A stretch of DNA of 64,000 nucleotides from Eukaryota sp. TZLM1-RC (GCA_040285825.1 JAUPSS010000007.1:2206689-2270688); one strand, 5' to 3'. Counted from the stretch's first letter, positions 48,282-59,970 are shown. Made by a program: numbers and translations. Notes: generated by a model not told the origin, from the letters alone.

Positions 48282-49449
48282 CTCTGGAAGCTGAAAATGA
48301 AAGCAAATTAATAAATCAAACAAATTCTTTTTGTCTTTCAAAGAACAATTCCAAATAACTTTGTTAAACTTCAACTCAAATCAAATACTCATATCACACA
48401 ATAGATAGCTACATACTACACAATAGAAATTGACATTCAAACACTTGTTATAAAAATGTAAAATCATGAAAAGTAACTCAACTTCAGAGACATCAGTTAT
48501 TGTGAGAAGAAAATGTGAGAAGATACAACCCAGGTCCCTTGCAGTCACAAAAACCAATTACTCGACATCTGCCAAAGATCACAACACAGACACTTATCCA
48601 AGACTAACAGTGAGAGAAAGTACAATCAATATGAATGACCAAAGGCTTGGAATCACTATCGAGAAAAGAAATGTGAGTAATAAGGGAAGTCAACAACAGA
48701 GTAGAAATAGTGATCCACAAGTTTAGACTAGCACTCCTGTTCAACAGACTGGGTTGGTTCCAGCTCAATGTACAGTTGGGGAGTGATCAATTGTGTACAA
48801 TGGTGGCTTGCTCTCAAAATCTTTTCCCTTGTCTTTTCTCCCTGTCCATTGTTTCTAAAATTTCAAATACTCATCCACAACTGAGGATGTTACAGTTCAA
48901 GGACACACCCAACATACTTTTCAAACAAAGACAATAAATACCAAAAATTACAAAAATTACAAAAATTCCAAATATATATAGAAACAACACATCTAAGCAA
49001 AGAAATTTTGACACTTTTAAGATTGTGGTTCATGGAGTTAGAGCGATGTGTATGAATGAGAATACTTGTACCATTATGGTGACGACTCCCGTTTATCCAC
49101 TGTATTTATGAAGGAATAGGATGACAGGGAGACTTTGGAAATAGAATGTTATTACTGGTAGTTGCTAGAAACAGCAAAAATAGATCAAAATATAGAAAAA
49201 TTATAATTGAAATGATTCTTAAGATTATGTGAGAATACAACCAAATGGACTTTTTTATGTGCAATTTCGTAATTTACAGTCACTGCAACTATTTTTAAGA
49301 CTCAATTATTACACTAAAACCTGGTATGGTATAAGTTCGAGCAAAGTGTCCATTTTGAACTTTGGCACTTACGGTGTTAAAATCTTTATGCTAAAACTGA
49401 AAAACTCTTTATTTATTTTATTGTATATAATATGTTATTAAGAAAATTG

Positions 49450-50868
49450 TCACCACTGCGCAAAAGCTTGATCTATGGGATCTGCCATCCTGTCAATTCT
49501 ACGTTGTTCTTCATCATACAACTCAGCCTGATGCGTTCCTTCATGTAGCAACTCTCCCTTCCTTCTATCCTTTTCTCTTGCCATATCCAAATCTGCATCC
49601 ACATCAGCAAAGTCCTCCTCGTCAAACACATCAGCAGGGACGTCTTGAAGTTGAACAGCTGGTGCTCCATCAAGCCCTCGAAGTTGTTCAAATATCAGTT
49701 GTCGTATTTTATTCAGATATTCAGGTGTGTTGTAATTTGTTTCAGATGTGGTGAAGATATGCAACTGTCGGTCCGGTTCATTGAAATACTCCATATAATC
49801 ATTGCAGGGAAGCTTGTTTTCCAAGCTCCTACCAAGCAAAACCCCAGTTTCATAAGCCCAACATCTTGCTACATTCCTTACAGTATATCCCCCACCACCA
49901 AGAACCACCATGGGAACACCAAAGGACTGCATAAAGCGAACACATTCACCATGTCCTTCTAGAGAGAGATTAAAGCAACCAAGACGATCTCCAGCAAGCG
50001 AGTCCGCCCCACATTGCAGGACCACAGCGCCAGGCCTATATCTTGCCATGACTTCATTCATCACATCCCTGAACAAAAGGAGATAGGATTCGTCATCTAT
50101 ACCATCCATTAAAGGAACATTGACAGAATATCCACGACCGGGGCCACTACCCACGTCAGCAATGTCACCAGTGCCGGGAAAGAATTCACCGTATTTGTGA
50201 AAGGAGACGGTCATGACTCTGTCGGTTGTGTAGAATGCTTCCTCAACACCATCACCGTGATGGATGTCAATGTCAACATAGAGGACACGAGCATGATACT
50301 TCAGGAGTTCAAGGATTCCAAGGACAATGTCATTCACATAGCAAAAACTGAAGTAAGGAAAAGATAAGATAAAACAAACCCAGATGCTTCAGACTTCTTT
50401 GCATGATGAAGACCTCCAGCCCAATTGATAGCGATATCACATTTTCCGTGGTTGATACGCTGGGCGGCAGCAATACTTCCTCCTGAACTTATTTGGCAAA
50501 GTTCATACATTCCATCAAAAATAGGACAGTCTTCACCAACGTTGAAGGCATTGAGCATTTGTTCAAATGAAGATGCATTGTCAACAGTGATTCGAGAGAG
50601 AAAGTTAATGTAGTCGTCTGAGTGAAACCGTGACAAATCCTTGGAAGAAGCGAGAGGTGGACGGTAGAGTGTCATGTCTTTGTACAATTCATAACCAAGT
50701 ATAAGAGAATGTGCCATTCGGATACGTATGGGTTTCATGGGATATAAGATTAATAAAAAAGAAGAAAACACATACGACTATGCGGTTAAAAGTAAAACAA
50801 AACAAACATACAGAACCAAAGTAGATTGAGCCAACATCATTATGATAGTAGTACACAATTCGACTCAT
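49450..50868 (-). CDS. HDAC1: Class I histone deacetylase (RPD3/HDAC1), 4 exons
   Basis: YYY..DVG..(H)[47 protein letters not shown]; introns 50780..50811, 50744..50775 and 50348..50379. Confidence 0.95.
50348..50379 (-). other. 32-nt canonical GT-AG intron (HDAC intron 3)
   Basis: GTTTGT...CTTAC-TTCAG; removal restores EASGFCYVND. Confidence 0.92.
50744..50811 (-). other. Two predicted 32-nt GT-AT introns around a 4-nt micro-exon (AGTC, 50776..50779)
   Basis: Removal restores FGS-SHPMKP; both start GTATGT and show the same branch-site spacing as the canonical introns. Confidence 0.7.
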
Positions 50869-51252
50869 AGAAAAGGAATGGGAAGGAACAGATGATACAA
50901 AGGGACGATGTGGTTGAAGTTGGGGAAAGTGAGTTAAAGCCAAGTTGCAGATTTTTCTAAATTTACAATTTTATTTGATTCCAAAAACGGGATCAAATAG
51001 AACATCTGATCACGAACACAAAGATAAGTGACTTGTGACACATTGCATTTGAAGAGAACCAAAACTGCAGCTCTGAATAGAACAACGGCCATTTCTCGCA
51101 AGTGATCGGAAAATTATTTGAGTAACTGAATGAAGAGAATGGCATTGTAAAGACATTCAAATTCAGAAAATGCAGACAAAAGAATGGAAACAGAAAAAGT
51201 CAAATAAAAACAATTAATTTAGGGAAAACTAATAGAAAAAACTAATAAACAC

Positions 51253-52770
51253 CTACTCTTCAACTCGCTTCTTCTTTTTCTTTTTCTTTTCAGGGTCATC
51301 GCTCTTTCTCCTCTTCTTGGACTTTTTCTCTTCTGAATTGACCTCATCTGAAACATTATCCTCACTCTTTTCTTTTTTACTCTTCTTTTCCTTTTTACTC
51401 TTCTTTTCTTTTTTCTTTTCCTTCTTTTTCTCATCGACTGGTTCCTCTATTTCGTCTTTTATACCATGCATTTCCTTCAAATTCTTAAGTTCCACCAATG
51501 CATTTTGAATAGCAGAATCATTTGGAACTGGTGGCTTCCCGCCATCATAGAAAGCTAATCTATCTTCTATCTGCTGCCTCATCGCTTCACCAATGAGGGC
51601 ATTAGGAACATCTTGGAAACAATCAAGTCTCGAGGCGATAGAGCACTTGTTAGCCACAAATCTAGACATTCTACCCTTATTCTTAGCGTTAGCTTTGCCG
51701 ACAGCACCAGCATGGAATAACAAACCATACTTTGGAGTATTCTTTCTAGTTTTAAGTGCTCTAAATAAGGCCTTTTCTGCACCAAGAATCTGGACTGTGC
51801 TTGCAGGGAACTTTGAAAGATTGGTAAGAGAACCAGAATGAGCAATCAATCGAGCTCCAATGACGTCACCTACGACAGCAGAGAGATTAGGAGCAACGAC
51901 GTTCATTTTATCATTGAGATATGACAATAAATCAATTCTTAGGGTGACCAAAGAAGCCAATCTTTGGGAGAAGACACCCATATGAATGACATCAAGAGGT
52001 GAAACATCACGACCAATGGAGGACTTGGCAGCTGAGATGACAGACTGCAACAGCTCAGGATCATCAAGAATCTCACCAATTTCCCCCTTCACGTCATCAA
52101 TCTTAGTCTTGTCAGGCATAGTGTTAACAATACGAACGTACTTATGAGAGTCTGTAACCAGCTTGGCGAGCTCTGGAAAATGCCATCCATACCACTCACG
52201 AAGACGCATGGAGAAGGAGTTGATGTCCTTGTCAAGTTGATCAACAAGGGCAATGGTCTGGATAATCATATTATCTACACGATTGACGTTAAACTTTACC
52301 TTTGCTCGGGAGTAGGAATGACCTAAACCGCGTTGAGCAATGAGTAAATGGTTGTTGGATAGATTATCAACAAACTTGGAGATGTGGTGCCTAATGCCAC
52401 GGAGAAGTTCAGTGACGACGGAATCGGCACGGACGGTATACCCCATTTCATCTTGTAGAGAACCCCCTAATCGAGAATCACTGACACCAAGCTCAAACTT
52501 AGACTTCTTACCCTCCTTGAGTGGTATATTTTGGCTTAAAAATGCTTTGAGAGAAGAGGGAATGAGTCCTTCAGAAATGTTGTTAATAGACTCTAAAGCT
52601 TCTTCTGAGGAACTGAACGGTCTGTAAGCTACTAGATCAACAACTCGTTGGAAACGGAGAAACTCTGCAGAGGCTTTTTGGACTTCTTCAACTTGATTCG
52701 CTATTTCTTCGGCCTCGCGACGTTGAAAGAGAGCAAAACCTGCTGCAGATTCGAAAAGTATAAAGGTCAT
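51253..52770 (-). CDS. NOP56: Nucleolar protein 56 (box C/D snoRNP)
   Basis: LFESAAG, LGHSYSRAKVKFNVNRVDNM, REWYGWHFPEL, GAEKALFRAL, KKE/KKS tail. Confidence 0.95.
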   Translation of the reverse strand: MTFILFESAAGFALFQRREAEEIANQVEEVQKASAEFLRFQRVVDLVAYRPFSSSEEALESINNISEGLIPSSLKAFLSQNIPLKEGKKSKFELGVSDSRLGGSLQDEMGYTVRADSVVTELLRGIRHHISKFVDNLSNNHLLIAQRGLGHSYSRAKVKFNVNRVDNMIIQTIALVDQLDKDINSFSMRLREWYGWHFPELAKLVTDSHKYVRIVNTMPDKTKIDDVKGEIGEILDDPELLQSVISAAKSSIGRDVSPLDVIHMGVFSQRLASLVTLRIDLLSYLNDKMNVVAPNLSAVVGDVIGARLIAHSGSLTNLSKFPASTVQILGAEKALFRALKTRKNTPKYGLLFHAGAVGKANAKNKGRMSRFVANKCSIASRLDCFQDVPNALIGEAMRQQIEDRLAFYDGGKPPVPNDSAIQNALVELKNLKEMHGIKDEIEEPVDEKKKEKKKEKKSKKEKKSKKEKSEDNVSDEVNSEEKKSKKRRKSDDPEKKKKKKKRVEE

Positions 52771-53054
52771 GTACGTCTTTAGGGGAGGTTTGATGAAATG
52801 TTTTTTCTCTTCCAAAAATCTCCTCAAAGAAACAGTATATGGTAATTTCTATTGTCATCTGCTACCATCACGTCTTGACAACGATAATCAACAGTTTCAT
52901 TAATGCACTTGATTTGGATCAGAGCAAAAATGCAGGATGTCTCATCCAACATCTCCATTTTACATGCTCATTAATCAGACTGAAGTCCTCTTTTACATTT
53001 GTTTGAACTTTCTTGATTGCTTTATAGTTGAATGAAAATGTTGTTCACAATTCC

Positions 53055-54164
53055 TTATAACCAGTCTTTATTAATTCTATCTATCTTATGTGTTTGTAAA
53101 ACCTCGTCGAACGATTCTCCTAGCAATTCTCGTACCTTGTCTCTTTCTTGTTTCAGCTCCCCTATTGTTTCCTTCAGAGCCTTCTCTCCATAAGCACTAA
53201 ATTGAAGTTTTTCAATCGCAACAAGATTGCCTTTACCCCTGGAGATCACTGGCAAAGACGTTACTAATCCCTGTGGAAAACCGTAAATACCATCCGAAAC
53301 CATTCCCACACTGATGTTTTCATTCACAGATGTTCCCATAATTAAATTTCTTAAATGAATCAAAATTCCATAAGATGGTGTCCAAATCGTACTTTGACCA
53401 CTCGTGTTGATGATATCTAATCCACGGTTTCTGGTATAGTCAATGATTTCTTCAGATGCTTTTTCAACATTTAGAAGCTCTTCCAAGAATTCAACTGTAC
53501 CTCCTCTATTAATTCTCACATCTTTTAAGGGAATAGTTAGGGTTGATGAATGATTTCCAATAACCCCAAGCCTTTGTATTGCACAAGCACTTGGTTGGTT
53601 TGGGAGCATGGTTCGTAGTTTGTGAGCAGCTCTGAGGTGATCAGCAGCACATAGACTTGTCCAGTTTTTGAGGGGTATTCGTGTGCATTGGGAAGCTGCT
53701 ATCATACATAGGGTATTGGCCGGGTTTGAGACGACAACTATTCGACAATCAGGGTTTGCGTATTGGTCCACTGCTGCACCATGCTCACGGTAAAGAGGTC
53801 CATTCTGTTCCACTAGGTCGATGCGCGAACCTCCTGGTTTGACTCCTCCTATGCTTGCGACCATGACAACAACATCTGCTTCAGCAAACGCTTCCTCGGG
53901 ATCACTAGTGATGTTAACAGAATTAAGTGCCGGTGATGTAATATCGCTCAATTCCATTTGCATTCCTGACAACGTTGGTTGTGCCTTCTCAATGTCAAAT
54001 AGACGTAGATCGACACTTTGGGAGCTACCAAAAGCAAGGCCTTGGGCTATTCCCCATGCAACGTTGCTTCCTATCTTTCCTGCACTTCCTGTCACTGTGA
54101 CTTTAATTGGACGACCATATAATGTGTTCCTACAGCATGCACCAAAGCTTACGCAACTGTACAT
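53055..54164 (-). CDS. Cytosolic-MDH-family 2-hydroxyacid dehydrogenase (possibly LDH-like)
   Basis: VTVTGSAGKIG, LFDI, VSNPANT, DHLRA, GNHSST; specificity Arg replaced; start codon uncertain. Confidence 0.85.
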   Translation of the reverse strand: MYSCVSFGACCRNTLYGRPIKVTVTGSAGKIGSNVAWGIAQGLAFGSSQSVDLRLFDIEKAQPTLSGMQMELSDITSPALNSVNITSDPEEAFAEADVVVMVASIGGVKPGGSRIDLVEQNGPLYREHGAAVDQYANPDCRIVVVSNPANTLCMIAASQCTRIPLKNWTSLCAADHLRAAHKLRTMLPNQPSACAIQRLGVIGNHSSTLTIPLKDVRINRGGTVEFLEELLNVEKASEEIIDYTRNRGLDIINTSGQSTIWTPSYGILIHLRNLIMGTSVNENISVGMVSDGIYGFPQGLVTSLPVISRGKGNLVAIEKLQFSAYGEKALKETIGELKQERDKVRELLGESFDEVLQTHKIDRINKDWL

Positions 54165-54235
54165 AACTAAGAAGTAGGACAATTTGATAGTGTACAATCC
54201 TTTCTGGTATCTTGAACTTCGCAGATTGTCTTCAT

Positions 54236-55771
54236 ATGTTCTCAATGTTTGTCATCCACCTCCCCAATCCTTTTATATTGGATGTCCTGTTTCATACTAC
54301 TATTCGATTTCGCACAAAGTCCCAACTCGTTTCTCACAGATTTAGCTCTTTGTGTAAGCACTCTCTAGGGCATATCTCTTCACTTAGTCTTGACTCTGAG
54401 TTTCTAAACATTCTTGAGCTACAGGCATTAACCTTTCATACTGGGTGTCACCTTGTTGATTTACACCTTCCAGCCAATCCGACAATTTTTGAACGCCATG
54501 TTTCAAGTTTTGCTTATTTAATTAAAGGTTTACCTTGCAGGACTCGGGTACATGTACCTCTGTCTGTTGAGCACTTGAGTCTTCGTCTTGGATCTGCTGA
54601 TCGCTTGACTACTCTTTATGGTTCACCTACCTCTATTATAGATGAATTACAACGTTCAAATGGTCCTATTAATTGTAACAGAATGGTTTTGGTTGGCGAA
54701 ATTGACTTGTCTCTTTTGAACTTCTTATTTGAATCTTGTGTATTGTTAAACAAGATAAAGTTAGTTTTAGCAGATGAGTATCCTAATGTATTGCTGACAG
54801 ACTCTTTATGGATTTCACTCTCCAGAATATCCCGTCAAATAGTAGAATTTGAGATAGTCGCTCCAAGTCTTGAAGTTGCTGTAACCAGAGCTTCTTCATT
54901 TATCACCTCATGCTCTTCTTTAAGAAAACTATCCCTTTGTGTCAAGAACGAAGAGCTGGTCTGGGAGCAGTTGTACAGGACTCTACTTCCTTACTCTTTG
55001 ACTGACGTAATTCTTCATTCACCGTTGATTTCACAAGTATTGCTGAATAAGCTGTCTCATTTGCGTGCTCTAACACTGCCCTACAAGATTGTTTCAAAAA
55101 CGTTTCAGCTTCCTACGACTCTGAGGAGCATCAAGGTATTGGGACTGCCATCTGATTGTCAGTTATCATTGGCGGTCAGTAATCCTAATATTGAAAAGTT
55201 TTCATTTACAGGAAGCACTAGTTGGTCAAGTTTAAGTTGTTTTTTGATACCAATGGAGATTTCCAAGTTGGAGATCCTAAACACTGTTCTTCCTGAGAAG
55301 CAGTTGAGCAGCTTATCTGTATGTTTTCCTTATCTGGAAGAATTGTCTATAACTAACCATTCAAAATCATTTTATTCATCCCATCCATCCACAGGTACCG
55401 CTTTAGTGGATCTCCTTGGTGAGCTAAGACATCTTCGTGCTTTAAAGCTTGCTGGTTGTGATTTGAACACTGAAACTTTTCATTCAGAAAACATTCAGTT
55501 TAAGTTACATTATTTACATATTGAGGATTGTCTTGGATGGAGTTGTTTCCTTTATGCAATTCTCCCCTGTTGTAAAAATCTATATAGGCTGGCAGTCATT
55601 CGCCCTGTTAGTCCTAGAGAATATTGTTCAGAAAGTTTGGTTTCGTTGATTGGTAGTTGTAATTGTAGGACAGTCGAGTTGGATGTAGTTCCTGAACCAG
55701 AGTTTTCGTTAAGAGAAGCCCTCAGTGAAATTGAAGATCAGTCTTTAACTTTGACAACTTATTTACATTAG
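54236..55771 (+). CDS. F-box/leucine-rich repeat protein
   Basis: N-terminal LPNPFILDVLF...LVSHRF F-box-like motif; repeated LxxLxL units. Confidence 0.65.
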   Translation: MFSMFVIHLPNPFILDVLFHTTIRFRTKSQLVSHRFSSLCKHSLGHISSLSLDSEFLNILELQALTFHTGCHLVDLHLPANPTIFERHVSSFAYLIKGLPCRTRVHVPLSVEHLSLRLGSADRLTTLYGSPTSIIDELQRSNGPINCNRMVLVGEIDLSLLNFLFESCVLLNKIKLVLADEYPNVLLTDSLWISLSRISRQIVEFEIVAPSLEVAVTRASSFITSCSSLRKLSLCVKNEELVWEQLYRTLLPYSLTDVILHSPLISQVLLNKLSHLRALTLPYKIVSKTFQLPTTLRSIKVLGLPSDCQLSLAVSNPNIEKFSFTGSTSWSSLSCFLIPMEISKLEILNTVLPEKQLSSLSVCFPYLEELSITNHSKSFYSSHPSTGTALVDLLGELRHLRALKLAGCDLNTETFHSENIQFKLHYLHIEDCLGWSCFLYAILPCCKNLYRLAVIRPVSPREYCSESLVSLIGSCNCRTVELDVVPEPEFSLREALSEIEDQSLTLTTYLH

Positions 55772-56582
55772 GGTAGTTTACACAAATATATTATTTAACT
55801 ATTTGGTTTTGAATTACTTTTTTCATTATTTCAGTTAAGGAATTTCAGATCGTAGGTCATTAGCAATTATACTATAATGTGTTTTCAATCAAATGTTTTT
55901 TTAAACCAACTACTTCTGTGGGTTGTATCATTTAAATTATTATCATTATATAATAGTCCCAACCCGGTCACCACCAAAACAATTGTACACAATGATTTTT
56001 GTGCTATTTTAAATCGCAGTAAATATCATAATGTTCTGGGAAATGAAGAAAGAGGTTAACAAAATTAATTTAAATTGAATCAAGTCTCCAATGAGGCCTA
56101 TTATATATTTCAGGAATTTGATAACCAATTGCTCAACAAGTGATGTAACATTACTGATTCCGATTGATGTCCTGAACAATTGTTGAGATCAATCAGACAA
56201 TTTTTGACAGATTTTCCATCGTAAAAGGCTGGTAATAAATTGACTACTTTCGAAAACAAAATTCTGTGTGGTTATTAGTTGCTGCTCTAAACTTTGTTAT
56301 AGATCAGGAGCTCAACTTTGATAGCCTTCTGTCAGTTCTGTAATGTGTTGCTGAGATTGGATTATGTCGAAACGGGCTTCAAAGTCTTTGAAAGGTGAAT
56401 TAAAGATTTAGAAAAAGATATGTTTTATAAATCCAACTACTTTGATCAACAAAAAAGAGCAGTAACATTAATTAAAAAGAGTATTACAAATTGCCCACAG
56501 CAATTCAAACAAAAACAAAACGAAAAAACAATTGCTCATGAAAGAAACACATAAAACCAACAATGCGAAAAAAGCTTTCCAA

Positions 56583-57437
56583 CTATACCTTTAAATGCTG
56601 TCGTATCATATCCACGGCTTCATTCACTGAACAAATGCCCTTCTGCTGCAGGGTCTTTGTAAAGTTTGAGATTGAACGTGGATGAGAAATCACACCGTCC
56701 TTGCATAGAGTTTCTACGGCAGACCTGATTAGCTGATTGCTCTTCCTTGGTTTGATTAGGCCATGTTCTATGTTCTCCATGGAAGATCTACAATAGACTG
56801 AACAAAATGGTGAATGTTGAGATGTAGGATGAGTCACATTGAGACATTCAGTAAAATGACAAAACGACAGTGGTTCATGTTTAACATTGTTGGAAACAGA
56901 CTTGTTGATAACAGGAGAGTTTTCAACACTGAGAGGACTGGAAGTTGAAGAATCTTTGGATGTGAATGGCCTAATTTGATCTGGACCAGATTTTTTAAAT
57001 GAATTCGAATCCTGAACAGTTGAAGATTTAGATCGACCTAAAGCAGAAGAGTATTGCACAGGAGAGGAGGGTACGGTTTCCGACAAACTTTGGTCCATAT
57101 TTATAGAACTTTCCGTTTCTCTTTTAACTTTTCTTGGTGGAAGGTCACGTACAGTAGCAGTAGTACGTTTTCTACCTAGTTTGGAAGTATCTGATGGAGA
57201 TGGACTATTTTCTATGAATGACAATAATGATATCCATTTTAAATCTTGTGAGAAACGTCGTTTTCCCTTTAAATCTAGACAGGAAGTAGGAGTAGTTTCG
57301 TTTCTGAAAATGTGCACTGCAGAAGGGTTATTCACAATCTGTTGCCATTTCTGCCTGTGACTTTTCACATGGAAAAAAATGTCCATGGAAAATGGGTCGT
57401 CTTTGAAGTGAAGGTCTTTCCTTTTGGGTTGTGGCAT
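56583..57437 (-). CDS. Hypothetical Ser-rich protein with a Cys cluster
   Basis: 284-aa ORF with FCHFTEC...FCSVYC motif; may have upstream exons. Confidence 0.6.
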   Translation of the reverse strand: MPQPKRKDLHFKDDPFSMDIFFHVKSHRQKWQQIVNNPSAVHIFRNETTPTSCLDLKGKRRFSQDLKWISLLSFIENSPSPSDTSKLGRKRTTATVRDLPPRKVKRETESSINMDQSLSETVPSSPVQYSSALGRSKSSTVQDSNSFKKSGPDQIRPFTSKDSSTSSPLSVENSPVINKSVSNNVKHEPLSFCHFTECLNVTHPTSQHSPFCSVYCRSSMENIEHGLIKPRKSNQLIRSAVETLCKDGVISHPRSISNFTKTLQQKGICSVNEAVDMIRQHLKV

Positions 57438-58426
57438 GATGTGGGAATATGGGAAATTTAGAATTTGTGAAATCCTTTAAGCAGTTCAAATGGTTAGAGT
57501 ACATATCTACCAAGTCTTCCTACGAGAGTGTTCTTAAAGTGACGTACCTTGTCACATTCATGCTTCATTGCTTTACATGTCAACAAAATATATAAATCCC
57601 AGTTCACATGGTACATGTCAGTTCTTCTTCTGTAGTGCTCAAAACGTGTTGGTAACAAGATCCATTTAAACAAAGTAGCTAAACTACATAATGGCTCTTG
57701 CCTTTTTGCAACTATAAAACCATCCAATTTACCCACTACACTATCCCAATATCATTGAAGATATTACATGTATCTGTATTTTTAAGAATCAAGAATAAGC
57801 AGCCGGTGATGATCTCAATACTCGAACCTGGCCTCATTCATCATTGGGTGGTATCGTTTGCAGATTACTTTTGTTACACTTTATCCACAAATCAAGTCAT
57901 ATCTTCCTTGTTTGTTGGAAGACATGTAGTGCAGTCAAAGATTCGCTGAGGTTCTTTATCTTGTTAAACTCAGATGTCTTTTTTCTAGTTTGTGTTTTTT
58001 CATTGATGTTTGTTGGAATAAATTATCGACGTTTTTTTTCTAGTAAATTCTTTTTGACTCTGTTGGGATATGACAATTTAGAATTCTAAGTTTGTTAAAT
58101 AGTTTTTCATTTTGATAAACCAAATTTTGTGAAAAAAGAGGAAAATATTCCTTAAATTTCCTTAACAACTCCAATCATATCTGTTCTGAGTTCTTAACAC
58201 ATTGATATGAGTTAATGTTAATGGTGACTAAGGTATTGCAAAACACTTTTGTTTTGGGAGTGTTGTACTTGTTCACACTATATGAGAACTTAAAACTTGC
58301 AATGTCATTTCAAACAAAAAAATTTGAAAGATAGATGAAGGGAAACATAAGGAATGCTTCCCAGAGCAATCAGAATTCAGAAATTCTTGGAGGTAATAGA
58401 AAGACATCTCGTGAACAGATTGTACT

Positions 58427-59970
58427 TTGAATTCTTCAAAATTCTTTATCAATTATGATCAGTCTGGTTTTCGTTTTTTGGGTTGTTATTTCGGAAATAT
58501 TGATGAAGTGAAAGGCCAACTTTCGACTCTGTTGACTCAATTTGGAAATGAATTAGAATCAATAGAAAATTTAAATATTGTGAAACATTTGAAATTCTTT
58601 TTCCTAAAAAACTGTTATTCTGGAAAATGTACTCATATTTTGAGATCAACATCACCATCAACTTCTTTGGAGTTTTGTCGCATTTTTAATGAACAAAGAA
58701 CCAATTTTTTAGCAAAATTAATGGTAATTGATGCATCTCAGTTACGAAGTCACATTTTTTGTGGTACAAATTTTGGTGGTGTTGATTTTCATAAATCAAG
58801 CTACCTTTGTAAAGCTGCCTTTATTGGAGGTGGAAAGAATTTTATTTATGAATTTGTGAATCGTTTTCCTGAAAAAATTCATCTCATTGAAAATTGTGGC
58901 AGCTCTTATCTTATTTCTTTGCAACAGGAAATTGAAACTCTTTCACCCAATATTTCGGCTAAATGTTTCCCCTCTGATATTGTGGAACTTCCTTCAAGAA
59001 GCTTGCTCTCCTTACCACTGACTTTTGCAAAATTGCAGAAAAAAATCTTGAAAGTTTTAGAAAACTTGGATTATATTGTACGTCTTAGCTTGGCTAAGGA
59101 AAAAAATCCCGTTTTTGCAAACTTTTTGATTGATCTTGAAGACAGTTGCTCAAGTTGCCTAATCTCCCAAATTCCCAAAATTTATGGCTTTGTACTCAAT
59201 GATCACCAATGGACCACTGCAATGAGAATGAGATGTTTTCTATGGCCTTGTTCATTACCAAATGATTTAATTTGTCGCTGCAAGAGTGTTGTTACGCTTT
59301 CCCATATTTTAAACTGTAAGTATTTTATGACTTATCGCTCAATTGTTCATGACTCAGTTCGTGATCAATTATATTCCATGTGCAAAAGTTTCAATATAGA
59401 GGAATTTATTGAGTCACAAGTACGTAAGCTGTCTTCAGATCAAACGGATGATTCCTTTGGTAAAAGAAGGGCAGATTTAGTAGCTCCAGGGATCGATGGT
59501 GTTTTCAATGTTGTAGATGTTGTCTCAGTTGATGTTTGCAAAAATTCTGCTGCTCGTTTAGTGTATTCCGCTGATTCGCCGTTATCTAACGCCGAAAACA
59601 GAAGATAAAAAATATGACGAACCTTTGGCACAGTTAGGTAGAGTGGAACATGTGAAATATCAGTTTGTGCCGTTTGCAATTTCTCTTTTTGGCAATATTG
59701 GACCTTCAGGGTTGCACTTTTTTGAAAATTTTAAAAAAGTGTTACTGAATAGGTCTGGTAAAAGAATGAACTCCACTTTCTGGATAAATAGAATTGTGTT
59801 TTGCATTTTCAAGTCTATTCCAACAATGATTTCAAAGGCACTTTTAGCTATTGGTGTAGAATATGAACGTAATGCTGTGAGTAGGTTCAGTAATAGTGAC
59901 GCTTGTTTGGAGGATATTGAATTCTAGATGGGTTTTTTTATCTCAATAAATATTCCAGTTTTAAAAAAAA
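58427..59970 (+). mobile_element. 5'-truncated CRE-like non-LTR retrotransposon (family C)
   Basis: FRFLG thumb, FGG, CRC..HILNC, HDSVRD, RADL..VVDV, FVPFAISLFG; A-tail near 59963..59970. Confidence 0.88.

Noticed and set aside
48466-48937. Short ORFs between the RRM and HDAC genes
   Set aside because: No motif, interrupted by stops, and no intron model matching the 32-nt pattern was found.
51253-51434. Purine/pyrimidine-biased repeat
   Set aside because: It encodes the normal KKE/KKS tail of NOP56.
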